Source: Bispira polyomma
Taxonomy: Eukaryota
Assembly (NCBI GenBank): GCA_965649765.1
Contig: OZ287753.1
Span: 77,128,001-77,192,000, forward strand
Direction: 5' to 3'
Length of the DNA: 64,000 nt
Shown in pieces: positions 63,391 to 64,000 of the stretch (position 1 is the stretch's first letter; each line of letters starts with the position of its first letter). The notes below the pieces were generated by a model. That model did no database searches. It was given only the letters and a program-made list of their open reading frames with translations, and was not told the DNA's origin. A program made the position numbers and the translations under genes.

Positions 63391-64000
63391 ATACACAGGC
63401 TTTCTTCTTCATACTGAAAATTTTTGAACTTATATCTTAGTTCCTAAGTTTTTCTTGTCAGTACATCCTCCTTCTAAAACTTAATGATGCTGACACTGCC
63501 ACCACACATTCAGCTTTATCCTCTCTTGATCCCTGTCTACCTGCTCTGCTATCTGTGCTAGTACTCGTTTTATTCATATAGTTGAATCTAATCTGTCACA
63601 CATTTTCACTCCAGTATTTACCTTTTTTCTACAATGAAATCTAATTATAACTCAATACCTCACCCTTTATTATTCATAATCTATCTATGGCAATACCTAA
63701 ATTACATATTTTAAAACAATGATAATTACAAATTGAGAGGCTTTGATCAATCTTACAAAACTAGTGTTTCAGAAGTTAATGGAAGGGTAATTGGAGGTTG
63801 CTCATTATTTGTTAAAAAAAGGTGTGTCACTTGAAGTAATTACCTTAACTACACAGTTACAAGCTGTAGCAGTTAATGTATCTCTACACAAACAATAACT
63901 ATATGTTGTATATATATATTCCACCAAGTTGTTAGTTGCACAGAAAGACAAGAGACAATGTACCCTGTTGTAATATTACAAAGGCGGATTAGGTAAAATA

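Overview
AT-rich eukaryotic DNA, probably a marine invertebrate (the repeat content looks mollusc-like; the host is an inference). I recognise no ordinary host gene: the window is a nest of mobile elements. The centrepiece is a full-length, lightly decayed ~20.06 kb Polinton/Maverick (adintovirus-like endogenous DNA virus) at 37747-57806. It has AGTAGT...ACTACT termini and a perfect 6-bp TSD (TGCGAG), and encodes a packaging ATPase, chromo-integrase, penton, basic core protein, major capsid protein, cysteine protease and a protein-primed PolB. The PolB carries four N-terminal zinc fingers, an internal Vsr-like nuclease and a C-terminal NADAR (YbiA-like) domain, and it appears to be spliced. 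Accessory genes are a BIR (IAP) gene, two PC4-like genes and an LRRNT-type type-I membrane protein. This element sits inside older, heavily decayed Polinton-like DNA carrying paralogues of the same accessory kit (second BIR, three more PC4-like copies, two or three membrane-protein copies, two RING fingers, a core-protein relic, and a third Polinton-type terminus at 32829). That older DNA was also hit by a Tx1/L1-type LINE with a NADAR fragment upstream of ORF2 (about 1793-6975), a Harbinger (8276-12332), a Kolobok (15756-30289, TTAA TSD, itself holding an L2 fragment and MITEs) and a SINE with a quadruplicated tail. All calls come from reading motifs by eye; no database search was run.
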